A stretch of 64,000 bases of DNA from Euglena gracilis. Taxonomy: Eukaryota. Location: the NCBI GenBank assembly GCA_039621445.1, contig CP154954.1, positions 12,332,716 to 12,396,715 on the forward strand. Reading direction: 5' to 3'. Position 1 is the first letter of the stretch. The number at the start of each line of letters is the position of its first letter. The notes beneath the pieces are model-generated. The model was not told the DNA's origin. It searched no databases and saw only the letters and a program-made list of their open reading frames with translations. The translations under genes and the position numbers were made by a program. Below are positions 1 through 10,260 of the stretch, piece after piece.

Positions 1-2009
1 GACGGTGGGGTACATACCGGGTAAAGAAAACACAATTGCCGACATTTTGAGTCGGTGGGCTTACCCGGCCTCACAAGCATTAAGGGACGTAAGCAAACAC
101 GGTTCAGCCGAGGATAAGGAAGAAATGGAGGAACTCATAAGAGAGGAAAGGGAAGACGAAAGAAATTGTTTGTGGATTGGAGTGAAAAATCAGCCCAACA
201 ACCGTAACACGTGGATTAGAGGGGTGATAACCCGTAGCGGGAAATTGGTGGAACCAAAAGATTCCATGGATAGCATGCAAGAGAGGGGAACCGAGAGTGT
301 AGTAAATCCGGGAGGCATAGACACCACCGTTGACACACACTCACAAGGGCCCAGGTCAAAGGGGAAAAAGGACAAAAAGTTGAGAGTCACTTTTTGGGAT
401 GGAGTGGACCCCGCGGGTAATTTGGTGACCGACCCAAAACTTTCATCCAATGAGTTACCGAGGGGGGGAACATGCACGGGAGAAGGTGAGGCCACACCAA
501 CTCCAAGTGTAACCCCCAAGGGAACAAATTCGGTTTGGGAGCAAGATTGGGTGGTTGCATACACTTTGTGTCCCACGTGGAAAAAGATTTGGCAAGCAAC
601 ACAAGAAAATGGTGAGTGGCCTAAGGGGGTGAAAGTCCACAAAAACCAAATGTTTCGAGAGGAGAAGTTGTGCATTCCACTAAGTTTTCAAGAAATGATC
701 ATCCTTGAAAACCACAAATTTCTTGGACACGTTGGTCCGGAAAAGGTGTGGAGGCACGTCAATTTGAGGTATGCATGGGCTGATGAAAAGAAGGCGAAAT
801 TTTTCACCGACAGTTGTAGCAAAAATTGCACAACATGTCAAGCGAGCTCGAGGGGGGAGACATTGAAAGGACCCATTGACTCAACACCCATACCACCCGC
901 ACCCATGGTAAGTGTGGCTATTGATCTTTTCAAAATGCCGAAGGTGTTGTACGAGGGGGGGGAGTACAACACAATGGCTGTTTGCGTGGACCGACATTCC
1001 GGTTGGATTGTAGCCATACCATGTTTTGATAAAGGATTAACGGGTGCAAAATTGGCCAAGGAAATGCTTAAAGCCCAATGGAAACCCTTTGGAGTCCCGT
1101 CAATAATTTCAAGTGACCAAGGGAGCCATTTTGTCAACACATGGTGGCAAACCATGTGTTCGCTCATGGGAATTCGGCAAGCATTTTCCCAAGCTTACCA
1201 CCACCAAGCAAATGGGAGGGTGGAGAGAGCCGGACAACAAATAATGGAAATCCTCCGAAAGTTGTTTGTGGAGGAAAAAATGAATTGGGTGGAAGCACTT
1301 CCCCAAGTTTTGGATCGCATTCATGACACAAAGGGGGAGAGTGGTTTTAGTCCTTATGAGATTTTATTCGGAAGGGATAGACCCATTGGGGGGATACCCA
1401 TTGGGGGGATACCCTATGAACCATCAAAGGAGTGTGTAGACACTCAAAGTTTCGCCGAATAAGGGAGGTGGATGAGAAAGTTGCTAAGGTTCTCAACCAC
1501 GCACATTGGGTTCAAGCGAGTTGGAGGAGGGAGTTGGTACCCTTAAAATTGGGAACCCAAGTGTGGTATAGGAGACCCGAAGGATCCGGAGAAAAATTGG
1601 ATTCCAGATGGATTGGACCTGGGATTATTAAAGCCCGGGAGGGGGAGAGGAGTTACATTGTTGAAATTAAACCCGGGATGGAAATGAAGGTTCATCGTAG
1701 TTTCCTGAAGGAATACAAAGAGCCTGAAGTTTTTGGTGAGGGGGTGTCTTTGTTCTTTTTCAAGAGGACCGAAAAAGAAGAGGAAGCAATGCCTGATGAG
1801 TGGGAGGTGGAGAAAATTCTGAACCACCGAAAGAAGGGGGGAACCAGGGAATTCCTCACGAAATGGGTTGGTTACAACGAGGGGGAGGAACCTGGGAGCC
1901 GGTGGGGAATTTCATACACCGATTTAGTGAGGAGTTGGTGAGGTATTGCACGAAGAAAAACCCAGGGGTCGATCTGATGTCCGAATTGAAAAAATCTTTG
2001 AAACCCTAG
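1..2009 (+). pseudogene. pol: Gypsy (chromovirus-type) pol, 3' part: RNase H C-terminus, linker, HHCC Zn-binding domain, integrase core, GPY/F-like region, chromodomain; two frameshifts (~1450 and ~1890)
   Basis: YIPGKENTIADILSR (end of RNase H); H-x4-H...C-x2-C (HKFLGH...CTTC); D,D35E core VAIDLF / ISSDQGSHF / QANGRVER; FSPYEILFGR; KLDSRWIGP; chromodomain WEVEKILNHR...FLTKWVGY...TWEP, split over ORFs 5..1462, 1432..1941 and 1800..2009. Confidence 0.95.
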
Positions 2010-2617
2010 TGAGCCGAAAGTTGAAGGCTCGGTCCATTTTGCTTTTTTTTTTGATCGGGGAGCCCAAATGTTTGAGGCTCTTGTTTTGAGTTGGGCCAAG
2101 TGCTGTTTCGGCGAGTTGTTTGTGTGCTTGTGCATTGCTTATGTGCATCATACCTTTTGTTTTTGACTCCACAATTCTCATATGTTTTGATTTTTCAAGC
2201 ATGTGATGAATTTGATTTCTCTCTCTCTCTCTCTCCTTCACTCTCCATGCATATTTTGTGTTTGCTCTTCTCTTTCGCTTTGCTCTCACAGGTTTTGAGG
2301 ACTTGGAGGCTCCAAGCACACCCAAGGGAGCCCCAAGGGAAAAGTGCGAGCGCACCACCGCAGGAAGGAGGCGAGCACCCTACGCAAGCAAGGAGACGAG
2401 ACAAGGAGACGAGACGAGGAGACGAGACGAGGGGCTGAGACGAGGAGATGAAGCCTTTTTACCCAACCAACCGAATACACCACCACCCAACTTGTCCATA
2501 GCCCAGCCCCGTTGGGGCTTTCCTCTTTATAGACGGCCCCAACACCCGCTACCCGAACCCCGAACCCCACTGCCTATATTCCTCACCCCAACCTGACCTC
2601 ACCTTCCCATACCGTGA

Positions 2618-3079
2618 ATGGAAAGGGGGACCGAAGGATTTGGATTTTTTTTACCAAGGTTGAGCCATAGCCCCTGTGTAGGAGAGCGGCCCAAAATGTA
2701 TGGAGTTTTGATGATTTATTTGGATTCCGAGTCATTGGTGAATGTTGCAAGGGGGAAGAAGCCTCACCTTCTCCGTGGATGCGGGGGGGGGGGGCTGAAT
2801 TTCTCCGATTTTTGGGTGAGCTCCCTCCAAACGTGTTTCGGTCGAGGGGGGGGGGCGCCCATTACCATGCCCGTGTCCAAAGGATTGTGTGATGGAGACC
2901 GCCTGACTTTTCGGTTGATGTATGATACACCATGCGACGACCCTGTGAATGGTTATTTTTTAAGTGAATTTCACCGGATTTCATTCATGGAGGGTTGGTT
3001 GCATTTCGGATGTCCACCAAGATTGTGTAGTGCAAGAGAACGTCCAATCCAAGAATTCGAGTTTTTTGGTGAGCCATGA
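2618..3079 (+). CDS. Hypothetical 153-aa ORF between pol and the 3' LTR (possible accessory ORF)
   Basis: ATG-initiated ORF with non-repetitive, globular-looking sequence; no recognised domain. Confidence 0.3.
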   Translation: MERGTEGFGFFLPRLSHSPCVGERPKMYGVLMIYLDSESLVNVARGKKPHLLRGCGGGGLNFSDFWVSSLQTCFGRGGGAPITMPVSKGLCDGDRLTFRLMYDTPCDDPVNGYFLSEFHRISFMEGWLHFGCPPRLCSARERPIQEFEFFGEP

Positions 3080-3931
3080 GAAAGTAAGTCACAAGCACCG
3101 GGGGGGGGGGGCTGTCCGAACTCTCCCCAAGCGGTCAAGCCGAATTGTTGGGGGGGGGGCACCAAATTTTCCCTCCAAGAATTTCCCTCCGGGGTGCAAA
3201 AAGTCAGAACTCTCCCCACGATTTTTTTGATCGGGGGGGGGGGGGCTAGCCCAGTTTTCATTTATATTTTGAATGACATTCACGGAGTTCATGGCAATTT
3301 TTCTCTTCGCGTTTTTATGCCCCCAACCTGTGGGGGGGGGGACGCTTGGAATTTTTAAGGGGATGTTTTCACATTTTTTTTGAAGCCGCTAAGTGGTGCC
3401 GTGTGCCTTGTTTTTGTGGCAAGGTAACACTAAGCGAGGGGCATAGGCGTTTCATCATTCTCTTTCTCAAGACATTGGTGAAGGATTCTCATTTGCATTT
3501 CATTCTGATTTTCATGTTTCTATTTCATTTTTTTTATTTTCTATAGGGGAGTTGTCGGGGGGGTGCTCCTTTTTTAAAACAGAAGCTTTTGAAAACAATT
3601 TTTCTTCCGCCCACCATTTCTCAGCCTTGGGTTCTCATTGTGATTTTGTGGGTTTCTTTGTTGCATTGACCTCTTGTCATTCATTGTCATTTTGAGGTCA
3701 AGTTCAAAGGTCCCACCTTTCTCCATCTGGCAGGGCGGTCTTTTGCTTTTTCATTCATTTCAAAAAACCAAACACCACATTCTCAATTTTGTGTCGGAAC
3801 AAGAGAAGAAGCCTCAATCATTGAAAGGAGAGAATTTCAGTTGGACATTTTCATTCACGGATTTTGATTTTGACCAAGTCACGAAAAACACCACCCTTAC
3901 CCCCTCTGGTCGGGGGGCTACCATGGGGATC

Positions 3932-3946
3932 AGGGGAAACGGGGGG
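3932..3946 (+). other. Polypurine tract (PPT)
   Basis: AGGGGAAACGGGGGG immediately before the TG at 3947. Confidence 0.7.
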
Positions 3947-4143
3947 TGGCCACGAAAAACAGCCCTACGCACGGAAAAACCATGGCCTGAGCAGGAAGGC
4001 AGGGGGGTGGGTGACGGGCAGGAATCAGCCGGCCAGGGGGCTGGGGTTTTCGGTCCGACACCCGCAGGGGGGGCGCCCGGGGTAAACAGTTATTGTGCGC
4101 GCACTTGCGCACCGTGGTTAAAATAAATACGCTATCTGAAACA
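3947..4143 (+). repeat. 3' LTR (197 bp)
   Basis: Starts TG right after the PPT, has AATAAA at 4122-4127, ends ...GAAACA; composition then switches abruptly to GC3-rich coding sequence. Confidence 0.7.
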
Positions 4144-4383
4144 GAACCCTGCCTCCTCCTCGCCGAGCAGGTCAAGCGCCTGGCCGGCGTCGTGCCGGTC
4201 GTCATCTACGGCGCTGCCGGGGCGGTGGCCGCGGTGGAGACGGCGGTGCGGCTGCTGGCGCCGGGGCGGGAGACGGCCATGGTGGACGTCTGGCTGCGGC
4301 AGGGGGGCCAGGGGGTGGCCCGCAAGTTTGAGAAGAGGGCCCTCGTGGTCGTGTTCGGCCCCGGCGACGTGGAGCGGGGCAAG
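4144..4383 (+). CDS. GC3-rich exon fragment, 5'-interrupted by the Gypsy LTR (EPCLLLAEQVKRLAG...DVERGK)
   Basis: Strong G/C third-position bias; ends AAG|GTACGC, a plausible splice donor. Confidence 0.6.
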
Positions 4384-4704
4384 GTACGCACCCTGGATGT
4401 CCCAGTGTGCAGATTGGCATGATATGCTTTACATATTGGGTGCCGGAAGGTCACCAGTGCCAAGCCGCCTGCTTTTAATGAAGTGTTCCCGAAGGTGCGC
4501 AGTGTGGGACTTGGAGTATTCCAGCTTTCTATGTCGGGGGCTGTACTGCCTATCTAGTAGGTTGTGGTGGCTGAAGGTGGAGGGTGGGTGCGTGGCGGAT
4601 GGAGGCGGGCCAACGCCAGGTGCGGGGCTGCACTGCACCAGCGACTTGGAGTGGCTGTGGCGGCCCGAGAGGTGGTGCGGCCTGGACGGCACAGCCCCCC
4701 CGAG

Positions 4705-5784
4705 GTGCTGGTGGTGGCGGAGGACTCCGCCAGCAGCCTGGAGGACATCGCCCAGACCATGGGCAACACGGTGACGCTGCCCCGGCCCGTCACCTCCGCC
4801 ATGCTGCCGCTGCTGTTGGCCGCCCTGGAAGGGGGGGACCCCCTGTGGGTCCCCCTGGAGAACGCCGCCCTCCAGGACAAGCTCCGCCTGGCCGCTGAGG
4901 AGACAGCTCGGAGGGCGAAGGAGTCCGAGGAGCGGTGCCGCCAGACCAAGGAGCAGCCCCAGAAGGAGGGGGGTGACAACAAGAAGAAGCGGCGGAAGAA
5001 GGAGCCTGAGAAGAAGCCCAGCAGGCCCCCGCCCCCCAAGGCCCGACGGGAGAAGGCCGAGGCAGTGGACAGCCCGGAGGAGGGCAGTGACGTGGAGATG
5101 ACCGCCCCCGGCCGGGAGACCCCGGAGCTGACCCCGCCCGCCAGCCAGCCTGAGGAGGCCAGCCCCGCCATCGTGCCGCCGCCGGTGGCCCAGCCCAGCC
5201 GGCACCCGGAGGCGGAGGAGAGCAGCAGCAGCGACACCTCCAACACCTCCTCGCCGATCGCCAGCGAAGCTCCCGCAGTCCCAGCAGGGGAGGGAGAAGA
5301 GGAAGAGGAGGAGGACACCATCGAGGAGATCACCCCTGGGTTCAGGAAGCCAGAGCCCCAGAAGGGTAAAGAGAGGAAGGGGGAGGAGAAGAAGGTGGAG
5401 GAGAAGAAGGGGGAGGGGAAGGGGAAGGGCAAGGGCAAAGGCAAGGAGGACACCCGGTGGAAGCAAGCGGGGCTGATCCGTCCACCCGGACCGGGGGAGG
5501 CCCTCAAGGGCCCCAAGTCCTACCACCTCCTCGACCCCAAGAAGTACCCGGCGATGAAGCACATCATCGACGCGGCCAAGGCCAAGGTGGCGGCGGAGGC
5601 AACGTCGTCGCAGGCAGCGGCGGCCGCAGCGCCAGCGCCAGAGGAGGCGGAGTCCGAAGAGGAGGAGTCCGAGGAGGAGGAGGCCCCGGCAGGCCCCGTC
5701 CGCCGCGGGCTGCCGAAGCCCGGTGGCAAACCGGCAGCCGCCTCGGAGAGCCTCGCCAAGCGGCTCTCCAAGCACAAGAAGTGA
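4705..5784 (+). CDS. GC3-rich exon encoding a low-complexity Glu/Lys/Pro-rich protein of unknown function (start could be 4672)
   Basis: Part of ORF 4564..5784 with strong GC3 bias; phase-0 AG acceptors at 4670-4671 and 4703-4704 would join it in frame to the 4144-4383 exon. Confidence 0.6.
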   Translation: MLVVAEDSASSLEDIAQTMGNTVTLPRPVTSAMLPLLLAALEGGDPLWVPLENAALQDKLRLAAEETARRAKESEERCRQTKEQPQKEGGDNKKKRRKKEPEKKPSRPPPPKARREKAEAVDSPEEGSDVEMTAPGRETPELTPPASQPEEASPAIVPPPVAQPSRHPEAEESSSSDTSNTSSPIASEAPAVPAGEGEEEEEEDTIEEITPGFRKPEPQKGKERKGEEKKVEEKKGEGKGKGKGKGKEDTRWKQAGLIRPPGPGEALKGPKSYHLLDPKKYPAMKHIIDAAKAKVAAEATSSQAAAAAAPAPEEAESEEEESEEEEAPAGPVRRGLPKPGGKPAAASESLAKRLSKHKK

Positions 5785-6777
5785 GACTGGCTGTGGGCCT
5801 GTCTCTAAAGTTTTTTTTTTCTGTTGGTTCTCTTCCCCGCTGCATGCTATACTCATTATCTCTTTTTTTTTGTAAAACACTTTTGATGCGCGCATTTGCG
5901 CAAATGTTTCTGTTACAAGTGTTTCACCCTCTCAGTCCCCTCCCGGCCATGGTCTGTCCCCTCTCAGAATTTTTATTTCAAATAAAAGAATTCATCTTCA
6001 TGTTATGTTGATGCGCGCAATTGCGCAAGTAAAACGCACACTTTGTTGTTTTGTCATTTGCCTGCCTGCTGGAGACGGTGCCCCACTGCCGTGGTGTCCG
6101 TGTACACCGCCCCCCGCTGGCCACCCACCGCCTACGTCATCCCCATGCCCTCTATCCTGCCGGGGGGTGGACTTGTGTAGTTTTTTTTGGGGGGGGGGTT
6201 GGTGTGACACCCCTCTCGTGACCTGCCTCCCCCTCTCGTGCCGTGCTGCCCCTCTCACCCGTGTCACAAATAAAAAAAATACACCTCCCCCAAGTACCAC
6301 CCCACTGACAACCAGCGCGCGTCCTGTTCAGCCAGGCGCTCGGGCGGCAAGCGTATCCCCGCCCGCCGGGGGTTTGTTTGTCTGGTTCACTTTTTTGTTT
6401 TGTGTGTGGTCCTCTCATCCGCATCTCTTTCCACCATCTGGTTCTTCCACCGGCACCCCTCTCCTACCCTGGCACGCACAACACCATACGTTTTATTTGC
6501 GCAATTGCACGCATCAACATCAAATATCTGTTTTAGTGCCTCACAAAAACACCAAGGTCAAAGTCCTGGGTTGCACGCACACAAGCCAATACATATTGTA
6601 AACCAAGCCCCCACTGACAACCCCTGCGGGCGTCTCACCCCACCGCCCTGCCCGCCGCACACCACCCCTACACACCCTCTGCACCGTCACACCTCTGCAC
6701 CCTGGACCCCTCCTCCCCCTACCCCCTGCACACCGGACCCATCAACCCGCACCCCTCCCAGAGCCCTGTCACCCTGT

Positions 6778-8164
6778 GGAGCTGGGGTCCCCACGGCCAG
6801 CCAGATACCGGCCAGACCTCCTCCTCCTCTTTTTTTCACCAGCCACCAGCCAGACCTCCTCCTCCTCTTTTCTCCCAGCCGCCAGCCACGGCTAGCCGTG
6901 GCTGGCCGCGGCTGGGGCGCCTCCTCCTTTTTTAGTGCCCACCAGAGAGTGCCAAAGTTTAAAGAAGGGCAAAGCCACAGCGGCACAACCTCGCCGGTTT
7001 TTATTACGCTCGACGGCTGTGCTCGCCAGGTTTAATCGCAACATCCATGCCGGCGGATGTGTCAACGGCGAGCAGTCGGAACCGCAACTAAAAGTAGTCT
7101 CGTCTTATTTAGTTATTCGAGCTGGGAAGCACTTCCGGTTTCATTGAACGATCAACATCCTAGCAACGGGAGCACTATATGACTCCGCCAGAAGACGGAG
7201 GGGGGCAGAAAAACAACCGAGCAGCACAGAAAAGCCCCCCAACACAAATTTTGCCAAAAAAAAACGCAAAAACCCTTTTGCGCCCCCCCCTCCACGAGAA
7301 TCGCACCCAAAGAACTCCTGAGAAAAGGTTGTGGCCCAAAACTGGCCACAGCCTGTGGCCCAAAACTGGCCACGTCCTGTGGCCCAAAACTGGCCATCAC
7401 ATCTGACCCAAAACTGGCCAGCACACTTGGCCCAAACCTGACCATCACATCTGGCCCAAAACTGGCCAGCACATGTGGCCCAAAATTGGCCAGCACATGT
7501 GGCCCAAAACTGGCCACCACACATGGCCCAAAATTGGCCAGCACATCTGGCCCAAAACTGGCCATGACCTCTGGTCAAAACTGACGAACACATCTGGCCC
7601 AAAACTGGCCACACATCTGGCCCAAAACTGGCCATCACGTGGATAGACAAAAACCTTCGCCTTTTTCGACACAGCAACAGGAAACAGAAAGCACACAAGA
7701 TAGGCATTCCAACACAATGGAGCAGTTTGTCCAGATTAGTCACCAACAAACTCCTTCCAATAAGTTCATTTCAACTCAAGCCACCTGTGTACAGGGTCTA
7801 AGCACCATATAATCATCTCCAAAAGCGCCTCACCCACTTCTGCACGATAGACTTCAGAGGTCTCTTGCCCGTGATCTGCAGCAGAGAAAGATGAACTTCT
7901 GACCAGGCCTGACATTTTGTGCAGAAAACACCCTGAATCAGGACTTGCCCGGATCGCGGGGCTTACCCTTCAGCCAATTTCTCATCGCGGCCAGCCAGAC
8001 CTCCTCCTCCTCTTTCAGTTCCTCAAAACTATATCCAGCCAGACCTCCTCCTCCTCTAAATCGCCCCAGCCAGCCGTGGCTGGCCATGGCTGGCCAGACC
8101 TCCTCCTTTTTTTTGCCAGCCAGCCAGCCGCGGCCAGCCGCGGCTAGCCAGATACCCCAGCTCC
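6778..8164. mobile_element. Non-autonomous DNA transposon, GGAGCTGGGGT-TIR family, copy 1
   Basis: 11-bp TIR GGAGCTGGGGT/ACCCCAGCTCC; 3-bp TSD TGT; subterminal CCAGACCTCCTCCTCC repeats; internal ~21-bp tandem array. Confidence 0.85.
7330..7640 (+). repeat. ~21-bp tandem repeat (CACATCTGGCCCAAAACTGGC-like)
   Basis: More than ten imperfect copies visible. Confidence 0.9.
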
Positions 8165-8636
8165 TGTCCCCTGCTTTCCTTACCAATCAAAAATTCACAA
8201 GTGTTAAAGGTAAAAGTGGACACACACACTCCGAGGCACCGGGAGGGAACACACTGCCGGCGAGTTCACTTCCCCAAAAAAGCCTCCGCGCGCTCACAGG
8301 GGCGGGCAGGGTCCCGGTTCCCAGGTGATTTTTTCACTTTTTTTCAGTTTGGGCGGGCAGGGTCCCGGGGGTTTGGGGCCCCAAAACACCTCTAAAATTC
8401 GCATTTCAAACCAAAGTCCCGGGAGTCTCTCCGCCAAAACCAAAAAATGGCTCCACTTTTTCCCTTACTTACCGGGGTGACTCTCCACCCCCCAGACCTT
8501 CCCCGCCGGAATCAAAAAACTCGGGGATTTGCGCAAATGCGCAAATAAAAAGTTAAAAGCTTAAGTGCGAATTAGGCCGCCTAAGAACCAAGGTAATGTA
8601 ACGTTGCAATTATCAAATTACCAGATCCAAACAAAT

Positions 8637-8669
8637 ATCATCATCATCATGATCATGATCATCATCATC

Positions 8670-8761
<92 letters not shown>
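8637..8761 (+). repeat. (ATC)n microsatellite
   Basis: Direct observation. Confidence 0.98.
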
Positions 8762-9138
8762 GCTGGAATCACCATCATTGCTATTAACGTTGATGTCAGT
8801 GTTGTTGTTGTCGTCGTCCTCCTCCTCCTCCTCATTGTTGCTGCAGGGTTTACCACCGGTTCGTGCTAGGAAGCCTGAAATTCGGTTCGTGATTGTTCGT
8901 GATTGTTCGTGATTGTTCGTGAGTGTTCGTGCTTTCAAAAAACCGCCCGGTTTTCCGTTTTTGGTGGCAAATAGGTATTTCCTCATGTACTCATTGCACT
9001 CTGTCATTTGCTTTTTGCTCCGAAAAAAAGCCTTACACTGGACAATGGAAAAAGATCCACATCGATTGATTTATGCAGCAAGAGTTGCGTCTTAAGACGC
9101 CGTTTTTTTTTTAAGAGGCGCAGGCGGGGACTCAAGAC

Positions 9139-9719
9139 CAGGGTTCGATATAAGGACAGGTGGGGGGGTGGTCCGGACCCCCCCTGCGGGCCAGGAGGGG
9201 GGGGGGGGACACCCCCCCCCCACCTAAACAGTGGCGCGGTCCGGGTGACCGATTTTTGACCCCCCAAAAAGACCAAAAGTGCCATTTTGGGCACTTTTTG
9301 GGCAAAAATTGGCCAAAAATCCACAAATTTCGGGCAAAAAATCCAAAAAAAAAGTTTCGGCGCCAAAAAGCGCCGGAGGAAAAACTGACCCGTTTGGGGG
9401 GGGGAAAAAAAAGCTCCGGAGTAAACAAATGACACCGTTTTTGGGGGTCTCCCTGGTACCTTCTCCCGCCGCAGTTTCTTAAAGGTCCGACGACCCCCCA
9501 CATTTACCTGGTTTTTGTTTTTTCCCTTCCACCCCCCTAATCTGTTCCTAACGGGAACAAGTGTGACCCGTTTTGGGGGGGTCCCGGGTACCCCCCCCCC
9601 AGGGTCGGTCCAGACCCCCCTGACAGGTGGGGGGTGGTCCGGACCCCCCCTGCGGGCCAGGAGGGGGGGGGAACACCCCCCCACCTAAACCCTGTACGCC
9701 CTCCTTACATCAAACCCTG
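9139..9719. mobile_element. hAT-type MITE, copy 1
   Basis: TIR CAGGGTTCGATATAAGG / CCTTACATCAAACCCTG; perfect 8-bp TSD CTCAAGAC. Confidence 0.92.
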
Positions 9720-10086
9720 CTCAAGACGGAGTCTGCGTCTTTTACAGCGGATGAAAAACACAAATGTTCATTGTGTTCAATCCCCATGTTGGTGAACACC
9801 CTACTTTTCCAAAGCCAACGGGAGATTTAGGCCTTGTGGCGGTCATAGTGCAAAATCTGGTCATAACCTAAAATGATATCAAAAGCCTAGCATTTTCTTA
9901 ATTTATCAAAAAATTTGAAATTAAAAAATGGTTGACAATCTGCCAAAAACTGCCCAAAATGAAGCCTGAATGTCCACGATGACCATGAATTGGCCCCAAA
10001 AATTCCAAAAATGCCCAAGGTTGTCGCAAAAAAAAATGCCCGAAATGGGAGAAAACCAGCCAAAAAAAATGGCTCAGATGGACTTA

Positions 10087-10260
10087 CCACCCCCCCTTTA
10101 TTGTCCCCCCCCCTTTATTGTCCCTGGGCCCCGGCCGACGGGGGGTTTTTTTGGCCCGGCCAATGAAATTCCTTTGGTACCCCTTTATTGTCCCCCCCCT
10201 TTATTGTCCGGTCGCGCCTCCCGGGGGCAGGTCGGTGGGACAATAAAGGGGGGGGGGTGG
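10087..10260. mobile_element. TA-flanked MITE (Tc1/mariner-type)
   Basis: TIR CCACCCCCCCTTTATTGTCCC / GGGACAATAAAGGGG..GGTGG, with TA on both sides. Confidence 0.75.

Larger units (their letters stand above)
1..4143 (+). mobile_element. Gypsy LTR retrotransposon, 3' portion (5' part lies outside the window)
   Basis: pol followed by a ~1.9-kb 3' region, a polypurine tract and a TG...CA LTR candidate. Confidence 0.85.

Noticed and set aside
1381-1414. 15-bp in-frame duplication in the integrase (PIGGIPIGGIP)
   Set aside because: Real but trivial; a slippage or decay event in this copy.
4429-5895. 488-aa and 320-aa minus-strand ORFs
   Set aside because: Antisense shadows of the GC3-rich plus-strand exon.
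7330-7640. CRISPR-like array (also the 162-bp array at 51885-52815)
   Set aside because: There are no unique spacers; these are plain tandem repeats in a eukaryotic transposon context.
8565-9007. Poly-I and poly-M ORFs (also 19211-19943 and 50401-51011)
   Set aside because: Microsatellite artefacts.
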